DNA from: a virus
Reading direction: 5' to 3' (one strand)
Length of the DNA: 64,000 nt
IMG/VR virus record: IMGVR_UViG_3300020469_000036
Location: 7,731 to 71,730 of that record
Position numbers and translations under genes: made by a program
Shown here: in pieces, positions 26,716-36,484 of the stretch
Position numbering within the stretch: the first letter of the stretch is position 1
Layout: every line of letters starts with the position of its first letter
Notes under the pieces: model-generated
What the model saw: the letters and a program-made list of their open reading frames with translations, nothing else
The model's database searches: none
Told to the model about the DNA's origin: nothing

Positions 26716-27162
26716 TTAAGCTCCAGATTGAAACCTTCTCCAGTCAATTATGTTTTTAATCTGGGTGTGTCTCCACTTAATGTTATCAAGTATTTCCTTA
26801 CACACCTCAACATAAGTTTTCTGATATTCAATTTGCATACTTGCTTCCATAATATCTTTATCAGAATCGTAGAATTGCTGAAGGTCTGTTTTAAGTGGTT
26901 TGTTCATTCCGTTAAATGGATCATAAGGCCAACCGTGCTTGTCCATATCCTCTTTTTCCATCTTCCCGTTAAACCACAACCACTTGTCCTTTTTAAGAAT
27001 GGAAAGATCTTGTTCTTTCTTCTTTAATCTTAACTTAGCTACTGAATGAAGCTCTAAGTATTTACTGTGAAGTGATGCTCCACGAATGGTTGTATCATCA
27101 AGATTTTGCTCGTCAATTTTGGAGTCATCACCCCACATCTCTAAAAGATCTTCAATATTCAT
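26716..27162 (-). CDS. uvsY: Recombination mediator UvsY
   Basis: W..DSKID, LHSKYL, R..QIKNIIDWRRFQSG. Confidence 0.93.
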   Translation of the reverse strand: MNIEDLLEMWGDDSKIDEQNLDDTTIRGASLHSKYLELHSVAKLRLKKKEQDLSILKKDKWLWFNGKMEKEDMDKHGWPYDPFNGMNKPLKTDLQQFYDSDKDIMEASMQIEYQKTYVEVCKEILDNIKWRHTQIKNIIDWRRFQSGA

Positions 27163-27188
27163 AAACTATAATTTATATATAGCTTACT

Positions 27189-27650
27189 TTAATCTAGAAA
27201 AATAAATTCATCAAATCTAAAGCTGATGTCAAAAGTGGCAAAACTAATATCAGCACCTTGCGCATCAAAGTCAACAGATCCAATGCTTGTTGGAAATGCG
27301 TTTGTGCATCTTACTTCTCGTGAGATATTGTTATGGCTTGTTAGCAGGTTAATTGTGATATCATCAGTTTGATGTGTGGCTGTTCTGGTGTTGGTTTTCA
27401 TCCAGCCATAAAGCTCGTCATAAAGCTTCATTTTTTCATCACACATAAATCGCATTGAAAGCGCATCATAATTTAATGTTTCAGAAGGTGTAAACCCAGG
27501 CTCATTTCTATATGGTGTAGAAACGTCTGCGTTGGATATCCCAGGAAGGGTAAGACCAATTGCAAACGTATTTAGTCTTGGGTATTCAGTAGTTCCACCA
27601 ATAAGAACTTTAAATCCATTTGTTGGTAATAAGTTGTTGTCAACACTCAT
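27189..27650 (-). CDS. gp3: Tail tube terminator / tail completion protein
   Basis: N.L..NGFK, LPGIS, F.CDE.M..Y.ELY.WM, AFPTSIG; TATAAATA-N5-ATG. Confidence 0.8.
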   Translation of the reverse strand: MSVDNNLLPTNGFKVLIGGTTEYPRLNTFAIGLTLPGISNADVSTPYRNEPGFTPSETLNYDALSMRFMCDEKMKLYDELYGWMKTNTRTATHQTDDITINLLTSHNNISREVRCTNAFPTSIGSVDFDAQGADISFATFDISFRFDEFIFLD

Positions 27651-27666
27651 GTTTTTATTTATAAAG

Positions 27667-27698
27667 AAAAAAGGGGGTTACCCTTTCGAGTAACCCCC
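27667..27698 (-). terminator. Intrinsic terminator after the major capsid gene
   Basis: GGGGGTTAC...GTAACCCCC stem plus T-run on the minus strand. Confidence 0.9.
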
Positions 27699-27747
27699 AG
27701 TGGTGTCGTCCTAATCTAAGGTAGTGGACAACGTTTAGCTATTAATA

Positions 27748-28995
27748 TTAGCTGTGCTCAACATTCATTCCTGTAACGAGGAAACGACGGAAGTAAGGGT
27801 TGCTATCAGCACCAGTTCCACCAGTAGAAACGGCGGTGGAGCTAACAAGCGGGTTACTCACAAGACCGTAGCGAGTCTTGAAACCGATTTTCGGCTGGAA
27901 TGTATTTTCAGCAACTGCACGCACCATCGTGAGAGGAACGTAAGGGCAGTAGAAAATACCAGCATCGTAAGCATTCGAACCTTTGTAACCAACAGTAGCA
28001 TAGTCAGTACTCTGGAAAGGATCGACGTAAACCTTAAGGCGTCCGTTGATAAGACCTGCGAAGGTATTACCAGTGTCGTCCACGTTAAGATCAGTACTAA
28101 GAGCAGGTGTGTAATCAAGAACACCAGCAGCTGCAAGAGCAGAAGCAACGTTACTTGTTACAAGCACGTAGTTACCTTTACCGCGGCGAGTTCCCTTAGC
28201 GATGTTGTTCGCTTCGAGTTCGATCTGGAAGAGAAGAGACTTGAACTTCTCAACTGCCCACCGTCCATCGGCGTCAGTGTCAAGATCGAATGTACCAGGA
28301 GTTGCACCTTGAGCAGCACCGTGGATAGCCTCGGAGTTGATCTTAGCGATAACTTCGCGGTTGATCTCAGCAAGAATCTCAGTAGAGAGAATGTTTGCGA
28401 GTTCAGCTTCAGCATCAAGACCGTGAACGGACTTAAGATCCTGCGCGAGTTCCATTGTGTACTCAGCTTGGAGTTGGCGAGTCTTAGCTTCAACCGTTTG
28501 CTTCTCGATGGTGAAACCCATATCGGCAATGGAGGTAGAAGCTTCAGCAGTTGCAGTAGCAATACCTGTACCGGATCCAGCAGATCCTGCACCAGAGTGG
28601 TTATCAAGAATTGTGTCAAACAAAGCTTCGTCGTCATCAGTGTCGATAACAGCATTGTCTGGGGAATCCTGACCACCGTAACGAGCCTTCATCGCAAAGA
28701 TGAGACCAGTAGGACCGGTCATTGGCTGAACACCAGCGATGTCATAAGCAACGAGGCTTGGCATTGCACGGCGAACGAGGGAAACCAGTACGGGATCCCA
28801 CTTAGCAACAGCACCAGTAAGCGTTTGGTCCTCTGTGAGGAAGTTAGCTTGGGCAGCACTTTCGCGAGCAGCGATTTCTTGGTTTTCAAGGAGGACTGCA
28901 GTTACCGACTTACGATAGTTGTCGACAAAAGCAGGTGCGTCGGCAGACTCCAAAATGGGCTGCCACTTCTTTTCTAATTCTTCTGATTTAAACAT
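27748..28995 (-). CDS. gp23: Major capsid protein
   Basis: VTAVLLENQE, GVQPMTGPTGLIFAM, ELAQDLK.VHGLDAEAELANILSTEI, FYCPYVPL, FQPKIGFKTRYG. Confidence 0.98.
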   Translation of the reverse strand: MFKSEELEKKWQPILESADAPAFVDNYRKSVTAVLLENQEIAARESAAQANFLTEDQTLTGAVAKWDPVLVSLVRRAMPSLVAYDIAGVQPMTGPTGLIFAMKARYGGQDSPDNAVIDTDDDEALFDTILDNHSGAGSAGSGTGIATATAEASTSIADMGFTIEKQTVEAKTRQLQAEYTMELAQDLKSVHGLDAEAELANILSTEILAEINREVIAKINSEAIHGAAQGATPGTFDLDTDADGRWAVEKFKSLLFQIELEANNIAKGTRRGKGNYVLVTSNVASALAAAGVLDYTPALSTDLNVDDTGNTFAGLINGRLKVYVDPFQSTDYATVGYKGSNAYDAGIFYCPYVPLTMVRAVAENTFQPKIGFKTRYGLVSNPLVSSTAVSTGGTGADSNPYFRRFLVTGMNVEHS

Positions 28996-29035
28996 TTTTT
29001 TATATGATGTTATAAGTTATTGTTGGGAAATTTAA

Positions 29036-30346
29036 TTAGGTAGCACTCTTTTCGAGGCGCCCAAGTGTTTCCATGTAAGAGGCCATTGTTTTGTCAACAG
29101 GAGCGTCGGAAGTCTCTTCCTCAACATCTGCGCCTTCAACAATGGTTTCAACAGCTTCGTCTTCAGTTTCCTGAGACTCTTCTGCAATAGTTTTGCTGGA
29201 ACCACTGAAGTAAAACTTCTTGAGGGTCTCCACGTTCTTCGTGAATTCCTCGTCAAAATCAACTCCTTCTGCCAACTTAATAAGTTTAGCAGACTGTGTT
29301 TCAGCAAGATCTTTAGTAGCTTCAGCAAGAATCTTCTCTCGGCTAAGATCGTCAATACGATCAGCAAGAGAATCAGCAATGCTATTAGCCTTGGCAAGAT
29401 CTTCCCTAAGTGTTGCGGTTTCTTCTTCGAGAGTATCAAAGAGATTCACCTTGCTCTCAGGAACTTCAACGTAGTTCTCGACGAACAGAGCTTTAAGAGA
29501 AGTCATGAAGTTTTCTGCAATAGAAGTACGAAGTGAAGTTTCAATAGCAACTTCATTTTCGTTAATCCATTCTTCAACAGCATAGGTCAGATAAGCGTCA
29601 ACCTGATTAGTGAGTGTCTCATTAATCGTTTCAACTTCTTCGCTAAGCTTAGCTTCATATTCAGACTCGAGGCGATCTTTTGATTCTTCAACTTTGGTAC
29701 GAACCTCAGCTTCAAAAATAAGAGCAGCCTTTGCCTTGAATTCTGGTGTTAAACCTTCTTCCTCTTCAACAAGACGAGTAAGGTCTTCAGATGAAATGGT
29801 TTCTTCAACCACTTCTTCAGTTGCTTCAACTTCTTCAGTTGCTTCAACCACTTCTTCAGCAGTCTCAACTTCTTCAGTTGCTTCAACAACTTCTTCAGTT
29901 GTTTCAACTTCAGTATCTTCTTTCACACCCTTACCTGTTTCCAGATCCTGCTTTTCAACAGCACCCTTTTCGCCCTTCCGCTTTTCACGGCGAGCTTTAA
30001 GGTAAGAATCAGCTTCATCACCTTCTTCGGAATGCTTGTCAGCATTAACCATTTCAGGTTCTTCTTCTTTGTGTGCATCTTCTGTTACAGCTTCAGCATC
30101 TTCATCTTCATCTTCTTCAGAAGGACTGTCATCACCAGCGGCGACTTCTTCCTCATCTTCATGAGCACCTTCAGTGGCTTTCGCCTTTTTCAATTCAGAA
30201 GCTTCAGCAGCAACTTTCTCTTTGCCTTCTTCAATCTCTTCTACGTTTTCTGAGACGGATTCCTCCACCTCTCCTTGTTCAAGAGAAAGCAAGTCGGACT
30301 CAACGATATCCTCGATAATGTCTTCTTGGTTATCTATGTTTTCCAT
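29036..30346 (-). CDS. gp22: Prohead core scaffold protein
   Basis: EFKAKAALIFEA, VDAYLTYAVEEW..ENEVAIE, LF.ENYVEVPE; acidic; between gp21 and gp23. Confidence 0.92.
   Translation of the reverse strand: MENIDNQEDIIEDIVESDLLSLEQGEVEESVSENVEEIEEGKEKVAAEASELKKAKATEGAHEDEEEVAAGDDSPSEEDEDEDAEAVTEDAHKEEEPEMVNADKHSEEGDEADSYLKARREKRKGEKGAVEKQDLETGKGVKEDTEVETTEEVVEATEEVETAEEVVEATEEVEATEEVVEETISSEDLTRLVEEEEGLTPEFKAKAALIFEAEVRTKVEESKDRLESEYEAKLSEEVETINETLTNQVDAYLTYAVEEWINENEVAIETSLRTSIAENFMTSLKALFVENYVEVPESKVNLFDTLEEETATLREDLAKANSIADSLADRIDDLSREKILAEATKDLAETQSAKLIKLAEGVDFDEEFTKNVETLKKFYFSGSSKTIAEESQETEDEAVETIVEGADVEEETSDAPVDKTMASYMETLGRLEKSAT
29801..29913 (-). repeat. Imperfect 18/21-bp tandem repeats encoding (T/A)EEV(V)E(A/T) in gp22
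   Basis: About 6 units containing ACTTCTTCAG and TTCAAC. Confidence 0.8.
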
Positions 30347-30448
30347 GTTTGTTTTCTATTATGTTTGGAGAGGGGTATGTTACCCAGTCTCATATTAGTC
30401 AGTAATTTCCCATGCTATAATCAAAACATCCATAATGTAAAAAATTCT

Positions 30449-31093
30449 TTACGATATCTTCTTCAGAAAATCTGTAAACAAGCTTTCCTGTAAAGAAGTT
30501 AGTTTGGCGGCAGTAAGCCTTTCCATTTCAGCTTTGGCTTCTTCAGCCGCGCGGGAAACAATTTCGTTTCCTTCAAAAAAGTATTCAACACCTTCCATGA
30601 TACCGTCAACAAAGGCGGACGGAGCACTGGGGTCTTGAACGATATCCACTGTTGCAAGAATAAAGTCTTTATTAACAGTTGTTACACCAGCTTTATTTGA
30701 TACCGATCCCATGCCTCGTGAACTAACACCAAGTTGGCATCCACCTTCAAGAAGACCTTTCGTAATGCTTCCCATTGGAGTATCAAGAATAAGTGCTTTA
30801 CCCATAACATCAGATCCGTTCCAATTAAGTTCAGTAATGCGGTGGGATACTTTATCAAGATTAATTGTAGGTCCTTCGGGATGGTTGAGTTCCCCAACAG
30901 CGCGACCCGTTTTCACGTAATCTTTATCATAGCGCATAACAGCAGCTTCTAGTGTTGCCTTTGGATAAACCCTTTTATTACGGTTTACTTTATCAGCCTG
31001 CATAAAGATACCTTCAATAAAGGTTTCTTTTTTACCATTTGTTTCTTCGGTGATATATTGTAGATCTTCTAAATGTTCGGTAATAAGTTTCAT
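30449..31093 (-). CDS. gp21: Prohead protease
   Basis: IEGIFMQAD..NRNKRVYP, GELNHP, GVSSRGMGS, DIVQDPSAP.AFV.GIME. Confidence 0.97.
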   Translation of the reverse strand: MKLITEHLEDLQYITEETNGKKETFIEGIFMQADKVNRNKRVYPKATLEAAVMRYDKDYVKTGRAVGELNHPEGPTINLDKVSHRITELNWNGSDVMGKALILDTPMGSITKGLLEGGCQLGVSSRGMGSVSNKAGVTTVNKDFILATVDIVQDPSAPSAFVDGIMEGVEYFFEGNEIVSRAAEEAKAEMERLTAAKLTSLQESLFTDFLKKIS

Positions 31094-31127
31094 AGTGGTG
31101 TTTCGTAATTAACTTCTTCTTTAACGA

Positions 31128-31544
31128 TTAACGCAACAGCTCTGGAAAAAGATCTTTAATATCTTCATCTTCCATTCCGTAATCATCTGTTTGTAAGAAT
31201 GCAATGATGTCTTTCTTTTCACCAGTGATGTCAGCTGTTGATCTACTAGTTGGTTTAATCTTAAGTTTAAACTTGCGCTGAGAAACGTTTGTAAAATAAC
31301 TGTCACCAATATAATCTACATCAACTGTTGTTTTACCGCTGCCAGCACGAAGCCTTTCAGTCAGTATATTTGCAAGATCCAAAGAAATGGTAACTTCAGC
31401 AGATTCTTCAATCGTTTCTTCAACTCCTTCAACTTCTTCAACTTCTTCAGCAGATTCAATTACTTCGGCTTCTTCTTCTTTACGATTAAATATCGCTTCA
31501 GCAGCTTGAGCTAAACTGTCATAGGATTTATGGAAATCACTCAT
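31128..31544 (-). CDS. Probable internal head / prohead core protein
   Basis: Between gp20 and gp21; acidic, with xxE protease-type sites (VIES, IEES, LTE). Confidence 0.6.
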   Translation of the reverse strand: MSDFHKSYDSLAQAAEAIFNRKEEEAEVIESAEEVEEVEGVEETIEESAEVTISLDLANILTERLRAGSGKTTVDVDYIGDSYFTNVSQRKFKLKIKPTSRSTADITGEKKDIIAFLQTDDYGMEDEDIKDLFPELLR

Positions 31545-31575
31545 TTGTTTTTGATTTGGTTTTAAATTTTAATTG

Positions 31576-32421
31576 TTAAGAAGAAGCGTCAGCATCATCT
31601 TTCTTTTCAGAATCAGCGGCAGCATCTTTCTTTGCCTTTTCCTTTTCTTCCTCAGCTTCCTTTTCCTGCTTTTCCTTTTCAGCAGCAGCGGCGGCAGCTT
31701 CCTTTTCCTTCTTTGCCTTTTCAGCGGCAGCTTCCTTTTCCTTCTTTGCCTTTTCAGCGGCAGCTTCCTTTTCCTTCTTTGCCTTTTCAGCATTGTCTGA
31801 AGAATCGCCGCCATCTGCTTTCTTAGCCTTTGCAATGGCCTTTTTATATACAATTTCTGGGTCTTCAATTCCAGCGTCTTGATAACCTCTTGGGACAGGT
31901 TTACCTGCTCGCTTGGCCGCTTTTTGAGCTTTACGAAGAGCCTTCTGAGCTTTCATCGTAGCCTTAGCCTTCATTAGTTTTGCACGATCAGCAATCTTTT
32001 TCTCACCCTTCTCTGCCTTTTTCGCAGCACGATCAGCGCGACCTGAAACGGTAACACGAGATGCAATTCCTTTACCAATCTTTTTAAGCAAGCTGTCCTT
32101 TTCGCTCAATGTATTAAACCTATCCTCAAGAATCTTTTCGATTTCTTCATCAGACATCTCAGAGATATTAATGGTTTCATCTTCGAGAATACCGTCAATC
32201 GCGTATTCGTAAAGAGCATCTTCAGTTGCTTCTTCGGAAAGCTCAGTGCTTTCGTTAACACTGGTTTCTTCTTTGTTATTATAAACCTTATCAGCAACTT
32301 CCACCGTTTTGGTATCAACAGCGCTTTTAACTTTATTTTGCATTAAGTCGTTAAAGGTTGAAGCAACTTCATCTTTATCGCCCAACGCAAGTGACGTGAT
32401 TAATTTTTTAATATCGGTCAT
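31576..32421 (-). CDS. Prohead core protein (gp67-like N-terminus) with K/A/E-rich extension
   Basis: F..LM..KV..A.D.K..EVA N-terminal pattern; directly follows gp20; late promoter. Confidence 0.65.
   Translation of the reverse strand: MTDIKKLITSLALGDKDEVASTFNDLMQNKVKSAVDTKTVEVADKVYNNKEETSVNESTELSEEATEDALYEYAIDGILEDETINISEMSDEEIEKILEDRFNTLSEKDSLLKKIGKGIASRVTVSGRADRAAKKAEKGEKKIADRAKLMKAKATMKAQKALRKAQKAAKRAGKPVPRGYQDAGIEDPEIVYKKAIAKAKKADGGDSSDNAEKAKKEKEAAAEKAKKEKEAAAEKAKKEKEAAAAAAEKEKQEKEAEEEKEKAKKDAAADSEKKDDADASS
31691..31789 (-). repeat. Perfect 3 x 33-bp tandem repeat (EKAKKEKEAAA)
   Basis: GCGGCAGCTTCCTTTTCCTTCTTTGCCTTTTCA three times. Confidence 0.95.
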
Positions 32422-32477
32422 GTTGTTATTTATATTGTTTTAAGTCTTAAGTATTTAAAGTGTTACATATTTTCTAT

Positions 32478-33977
32478 TTAAAACAGATCGTCTTCCTCTT
32501 CTTCAGGTTCATCAGAGATCTCTGCTTCCATTCTTTCAACGTCTTCTTCAGACATATTAAGAACGTTACTTCTTACCCACTTATTTGAGTAATATTTTCC
32601 AATATGAGGTTGAATTTGATCAAGCATGTTAAGGCGCTCGCCAAGGATCTCAAAGTCCTTGAGTTCGGAAAAGAAGTTATCCTCAATATAGTCAACAGAG
32701 ATTGACTCACGAATGTCAGGCCATTCAGATTCGGTACAAATGTTTTTCAGCAGGCATTGAACCTTAAGCATTTCGATAAACAGTGCAGAGAACTTCTTCC
32801 TTAAACGGTTAATAAACTTTTGGAATTTAACTTCCTCTCTGCTAATCTCACTTGCTCGGCCAACACTAAACTGAGCGCCTTCAACATCAAGACGACCAAC
32901 AGGAACGTTCAGTGAGCGATAAAGTTTCTTTTGAAAGAATACAACGTCATCAATCTGACTAAGGTTTTCACCACCAGGAAGGGTAGTAATTTCCGTTCCT
33001 CGTCCACCTTCTCGCCGTGGCAACCAAAAGTCTTCCAGCATACTCATGGCTTTGCGGTCATCTTTAACTTCACCGCTTGTTGCATCGTAAACAAGTTTGT
33101 TTCGATACTTACTCATGATACCCTGAACATATTGTTCTGCCTTACCTTTTGGAAGGTTACCAATATCAATGTAAAAGATTCGTCGTTCAGGGGCTCGTGA
33201 GATACGGTAAATAACCAACGCATCTTCCATGATACGAAGTTGGTTTACAAGTTTAACACTTTTGTGAAGGTAAGAAACCGCGTACTTACCAGCATCATCT
33301 AGGTTACCACTTGGAACATAAACAATACTTGTTGGATCAATTTTAATTGCGTTCGTATTTGATCCTAAATTGTCGCTGTAAAGAAAGTATTCTCTTGCAA
33401 CGTAATGAGTTTTAACCTGACTGTCAGGATCGGTTTTACTTTTAATCTCTTTAATCTTTTTAATCTTAAGAGGATCAATCATTCTTACTTCCTGAATACC
33501 CTTTTTGATATTCTCAGGATCAATAAGAAGGTGATAATAAAGTTTACCGTCAATGTACCACCGGCGGAAAATATCGTGGCCGTTGAAGTTAAAAGAAAGA
33601 AGTTTACAAACGTTTTGAAATTCTTCTCGAATCAAATCTTTAACATTATCAGGAACGTCGAGCGCATCGGTATCGAGATTAACTGGGGTACCTGAGTTAT
33701 CAGCAACAATTGCTCCGTTAATAATATCGGAAATAGCGTTATCACATTCGGGTTGGGATGCTGCTTGGCGATATTTAAGAATAGCGTCGCGTTCGTTACC
33801 AACGCTTACATCGTCAAGGTCAAGTGTTTGTCCGTAGTAACCACTTGTGCTATTCCCTGAAATGACCTGACTTCCGTCCGTTTCAATAGGAGGAGCAAAA
33901 GACGATATCTTTTTTTCTTCTTCGCTATCGTCGATTTCTTTTATTCTGCGTGAAATGTCAAGTCCGAATATTTTCAT
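32478..33977 (-). CDS. gp20: Portal protein
   Basis: FRRWYIDG, EDALVIYRISRAPERRIFYID.GNLPK.KAEQY, EDFWLPRREGGRGTEITTLPGG. Confidence 0.98.
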   Translation of the reverse strand: MKIFGLDISRRIKEIDDSEEEKKISSFAPPIETDGSQVISGNSTSGYYGQTLDLDDVSVGNERDAILKYRQAASQPECDNAISDIINGAIVADNSGTPVNLDTDALDVPDNVKDLIREEFQNVCKLLSFNFNGHDIFRRWYIDGKLYYHLLIDPENIKKGIQEVRMIDPLKIKKIKEIKSKTDPDSQVKTHYVAREYFLYSDNLGSNTNAIKIDPTSIVYVPSGNLDDAGKYAVSYLHKSVKLVNQLRIMEDALVIYRISRAPERRIFYIDIGNLPKGKAEQYVQGIMSKYRNKLVYDATSGEVKDDRKAMSMLEDFWLPRREGGRGTEITTLPGGENLSQIDDVVFFQKKLYRSLNVPVGRLDVEGAQFSVGRASEISREEVKFQKFINRLRKKFSALFIEMLKVQCLLKNICTESEWPDIRESISVDYIEDNFFSELKDFEILGERLNMLDQIQPHIGKYYSNKWVRSNVLNMSEEDVERMEAEISDEPEEEEDDLF

Positions 33978-33998
33978 ACAATTTATATATACATTAAA

Positions 33999-34030
33999 TT
34001 ATCTCGGGAGGAATACACCCCCCGAGATAA
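33999..34030 (-). terminator. Hairpin / probable terminator after the tail tube gene
   Basis: TTATCTCGGG...CCCGAGATAA. Confidence 0.65.
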
Positions 34031-34061
34031 CTGTTTTTAATTTTTACACTGAATAATTTAA

Positions 34062-34619
34062 TTAAGAAGTAACTCCTTCAGCTGTCCAGTATTGATACTG
34101 GAAGTCAACTGTAAACTCCTCAATCGCGTCATTCGAGTCAGCAGCAAGTGCAATAGCGCTTACGTTTGTTGGAAACGCGTCAACGAAGGTGTATGTTTTA
34201 ATACCATTTTCGTCACCGTCTCGGTCAAGTTGAACCATTTCCATGTTTCGCATGTAGCCCAAGTGTTGCCCGAAAATAGCGTCATCACTAACGTTAGCTT
34301 CGTGGTTATTAATACGATTTACCCAACCTTCAAACGCATCGCGAAGGTTAAAGTCAACGTCGTTAATAACAGTAATCTGCCAAGCTTCAGCAAAAGTCAT
34401 ATCACCAGCAATTTTAAGATTTCTTCCTCTAAAGGGAATTTCAATCTGTCCAATAGCGCTAGTAGGGATACCGCTTGTTGCTTTAATCAAAAATCGAGAT
34501 TGCTCTCTAAGAGCCTGATTGTTGTCAGGGAATGTAACCCTGCACTCAAACAGGTTGGGTCGAGCGCCACCTTGAAAGTTTGATTTGAATTTTGAAATAC
34601 CTGTGTTGGTAGTAGCCAT
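34062..34619 (-). CDS. gp19: Tail tube protein
   Basis: GGARPNLF, IPFRGR.LKIAGD.TF, FPTNVSAI.L, IEEFTV.FQYQYW. Confidence 0.96.
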   Translation of the reverse strand: MATTNTGISKFKSNFQGGARPNLFECRVTFPDNNQALREQSRFLIKATSGIPTSAIGQIEIPFRGRNLKIAGDMTFAEAWQITVINDVDFNLRDAFEGWVNRINNHEANVSDDAIFGQHLGYMRNMEMVQLDRDGDENGIKTYTFVDAFPTNVSAIALAADSNDAIEEFTVDFQYQYWTAEGVTS

Positions 34620-34664
34620 AATTTTTTTATCCTAACTATTTGTTATTATTTATATCCTTATTGC

Positions 34665-36398
34665 TTATCTTCCGATTAATTCCTCGAATGATATACCAGT
34701 TCTAGTAGCAACGAAATTCAACGTTACAAAGTTAATCGAACGTGTAGGCTTGATAAAGATATCTGCCACAAAACGATTTGCGTCAACTACCGCACTGCCA
34801 TTATTGGTTTCGTCGCAAACAACGCGAAAGTCAGTAATACCTCTCCGGCCTTGAACATCCCGAAGGAATGGCTCAATAGCGTTACGGAAAGTAGAGCGGG
34901 TAAACGTGTCGTTAAGTTCAAACAGTTGAAACTTACTTGCAGTAGCAATCGCTTTCTCGATAGTAATAAAGAGACGGCGAACGTTAATGCGATCAAACGC
35001 ACTAGGCTTGGTTAAAGCAGTCTTGTCACCAAAGAGAACCGTGCCTTGCCCAGGTAGGGTAACAACAGGGTTGATTCGCTTTTGGTAAAGCTCATCACGA
35101 TCCGCTTTCTTAGGGTTATACGCAAGACGTGTAACACCTCGAAGTTGACCACGATTAAGACCAGCAGGAGAGAACCAAGTATCGGCGGCATCGTCAGTAG
35201 CAGCACAAAGACCAGCAATGTGGCCATGAAGCTGAATAAATGCGAATGCGTCGCGATACTTATTATAAACATAAGCTGGAGTACTGTCAAACACAATATA
35301 GCTGCTAGAACTAATAGCATCAAAGTGTGTTGTGATTGAGGTCTTCTTAGAAGAATCTGATGTTAAATCCTTAATTGCAAGAGGAGCAGAGATAAATCCA
35401 ACAAGATCTTTACGGCTATCAGCAATAGTTTTAATCTTAGCATCAGTTTCACCACCGCTATCTTCAAAAGCGAAGAGCAGGTTAACCTCTACGGTTTCCG
35501 AATCTTCAAGCAATTCAAGCGCGGTTACAACAGTAGCATTCGTGTAAGTGGATGCATCAGCACCACCTGCAAGCTCTACGTATGTTTCGCCGGGGCTATC
35601 GTCTCCAAGCCAGGAAATTGCTCCAAGGTCAGTAGAAACTGAAGTAATCTCTGGATCAGTTGATGTATCCTTAACACCAAAGATAAGTGAGGAATTAGTA
35701 TTAACAAAATCTGCCCAGTAGTTCGATTCGCCAAATTGGTTTTTAGCATTACGTGCAATGGAAAGACCTTCGTGAACTTCAAGAATTTCTCCTTTAACTC
35801 CCGAGAATAGGCCGCCATTATCAACAACTACAACGGATACTTCGTCGTTAATAACAGTTCCTCCCGTGAGATCCAAAGCAAAATCGCTTGTCCCAGGTTT
35901 AAACTGTAATGATCCTCGAACGCTTGCGGGTTGAGAGTCATAGTTTTCTTCATTAACAACGTGAACCCTGAGTGAGTTACCAAGAACACCAGCATAGCGA
36001 GCAACAACGTGTGCGCCAAGCGTATTAAGAGCGGCTTGATTACTTTCGAGTTCTGTTACAGTACTAATAGTAAATCCGGCCGATTCAGGAGAATCATCTC
36101 CGTGGCTAGAATACGAGTTAAGTGCTGTAGCTGCGTTTGCCCGGACGACTTTCAAGTTGTTGCTGTATTTCAAGAATGCAGCAGCTTCTAAAAAGCTCCG
36201 TTCGAGTGTGGCGTCTTCTGATGAGGGGGCTCCAAAAATTCTTGCGAGTTCCTTCTCCGAACTGACGGTTACGACTTCTCCAATCGGTCCCCATCTGAAG
36301 TGACCAGCGTATCCACCAATAGAGGTAGACTGTGCCGGAATGATGTCTGTAAGGTCGATTTCTTTGACCTCGACACCTGGTGATACTAAAAATCCCAT
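34665..36398 (-). CDS. gp18: Tail sheath protein
   Basis: SPGVEVKEIDLT, F.WGP, WFSPAG.NRG, GDKT, SAFDRINVRRLF, IKP.RSINF. Confidence 0.98.
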   Translation of the reverse strand: MGFLVSPGVEVKEIDLTDIIPAQSTSIGGYAGHFRWGPIGEVVTVSSEKELARIFGAPSSEDATLERSFLEAAAFLKYSNNLKVVRANAATALNSYSSHGDDSPESAGFTISTVTELESNQAALNTLGAHVVARYAGVLGNSLRVHVVNEENYDSQPASVRGSLQFKPGTSDFALDLTGGTVINDEVSVVVVDNGGLFSGVKGEILEVHEGLSIARNAKNQFGESNYWADFVNTNSSLIFGVKDTSTDPEITSVSTDLGAISWLGDDSPGETYVELAGGADASTYTNATVVTALELLEDSETVEVNLLFAFEDSGGETDAKIKTIADSRKDLVGFISAPLAIKDLTSDSSKKTSITTHFDAISSSSYIVFDSTPAYVYNKYRDAFAFIQLHGHIAGLCAATDDAADTWFSPAGLNRGQLRGVTRLAYNPKKADRDELYQKRINPVVTLPGQGTVLFGDKTALTKPSAFDRINVRRLFITIEKAIATASKFQLFELNDTFTRSTFRNAIEPFLRDVQGRRGITDFRVVCDETNNGSAVVDANRFVADIFIKPTRSINFVTLNFVATRTGISFEELIGR

Positions 36399-36484
36399 GT
36401 GTTATCCTTTCAGTGTAATTAATTTATAAGTGTTAAGAATCATTATAAGGTTATTTCAATAATACTATTTATTATTTTTAAGTT

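Noticed and set aside
27754-28977. 407-aa plus-strand ORF antisense to gp23
   Set aside because: It mirrors gp23 almost exactly and is explained by the codon bias of a highly expressed gene; no promoter or recognisable motifs.
29801-31789. Tandem repeats as a possible CRISPR array
   Set aside because: In-frame coding repeats with no unique spacers; no cas genes in the window.
34092-34583. 163-aa plus-strand ORF over gp19 and the many other short plus-strand ORFs
   Set aside because: Shadow ORFs of well-supported minus-strand genes.
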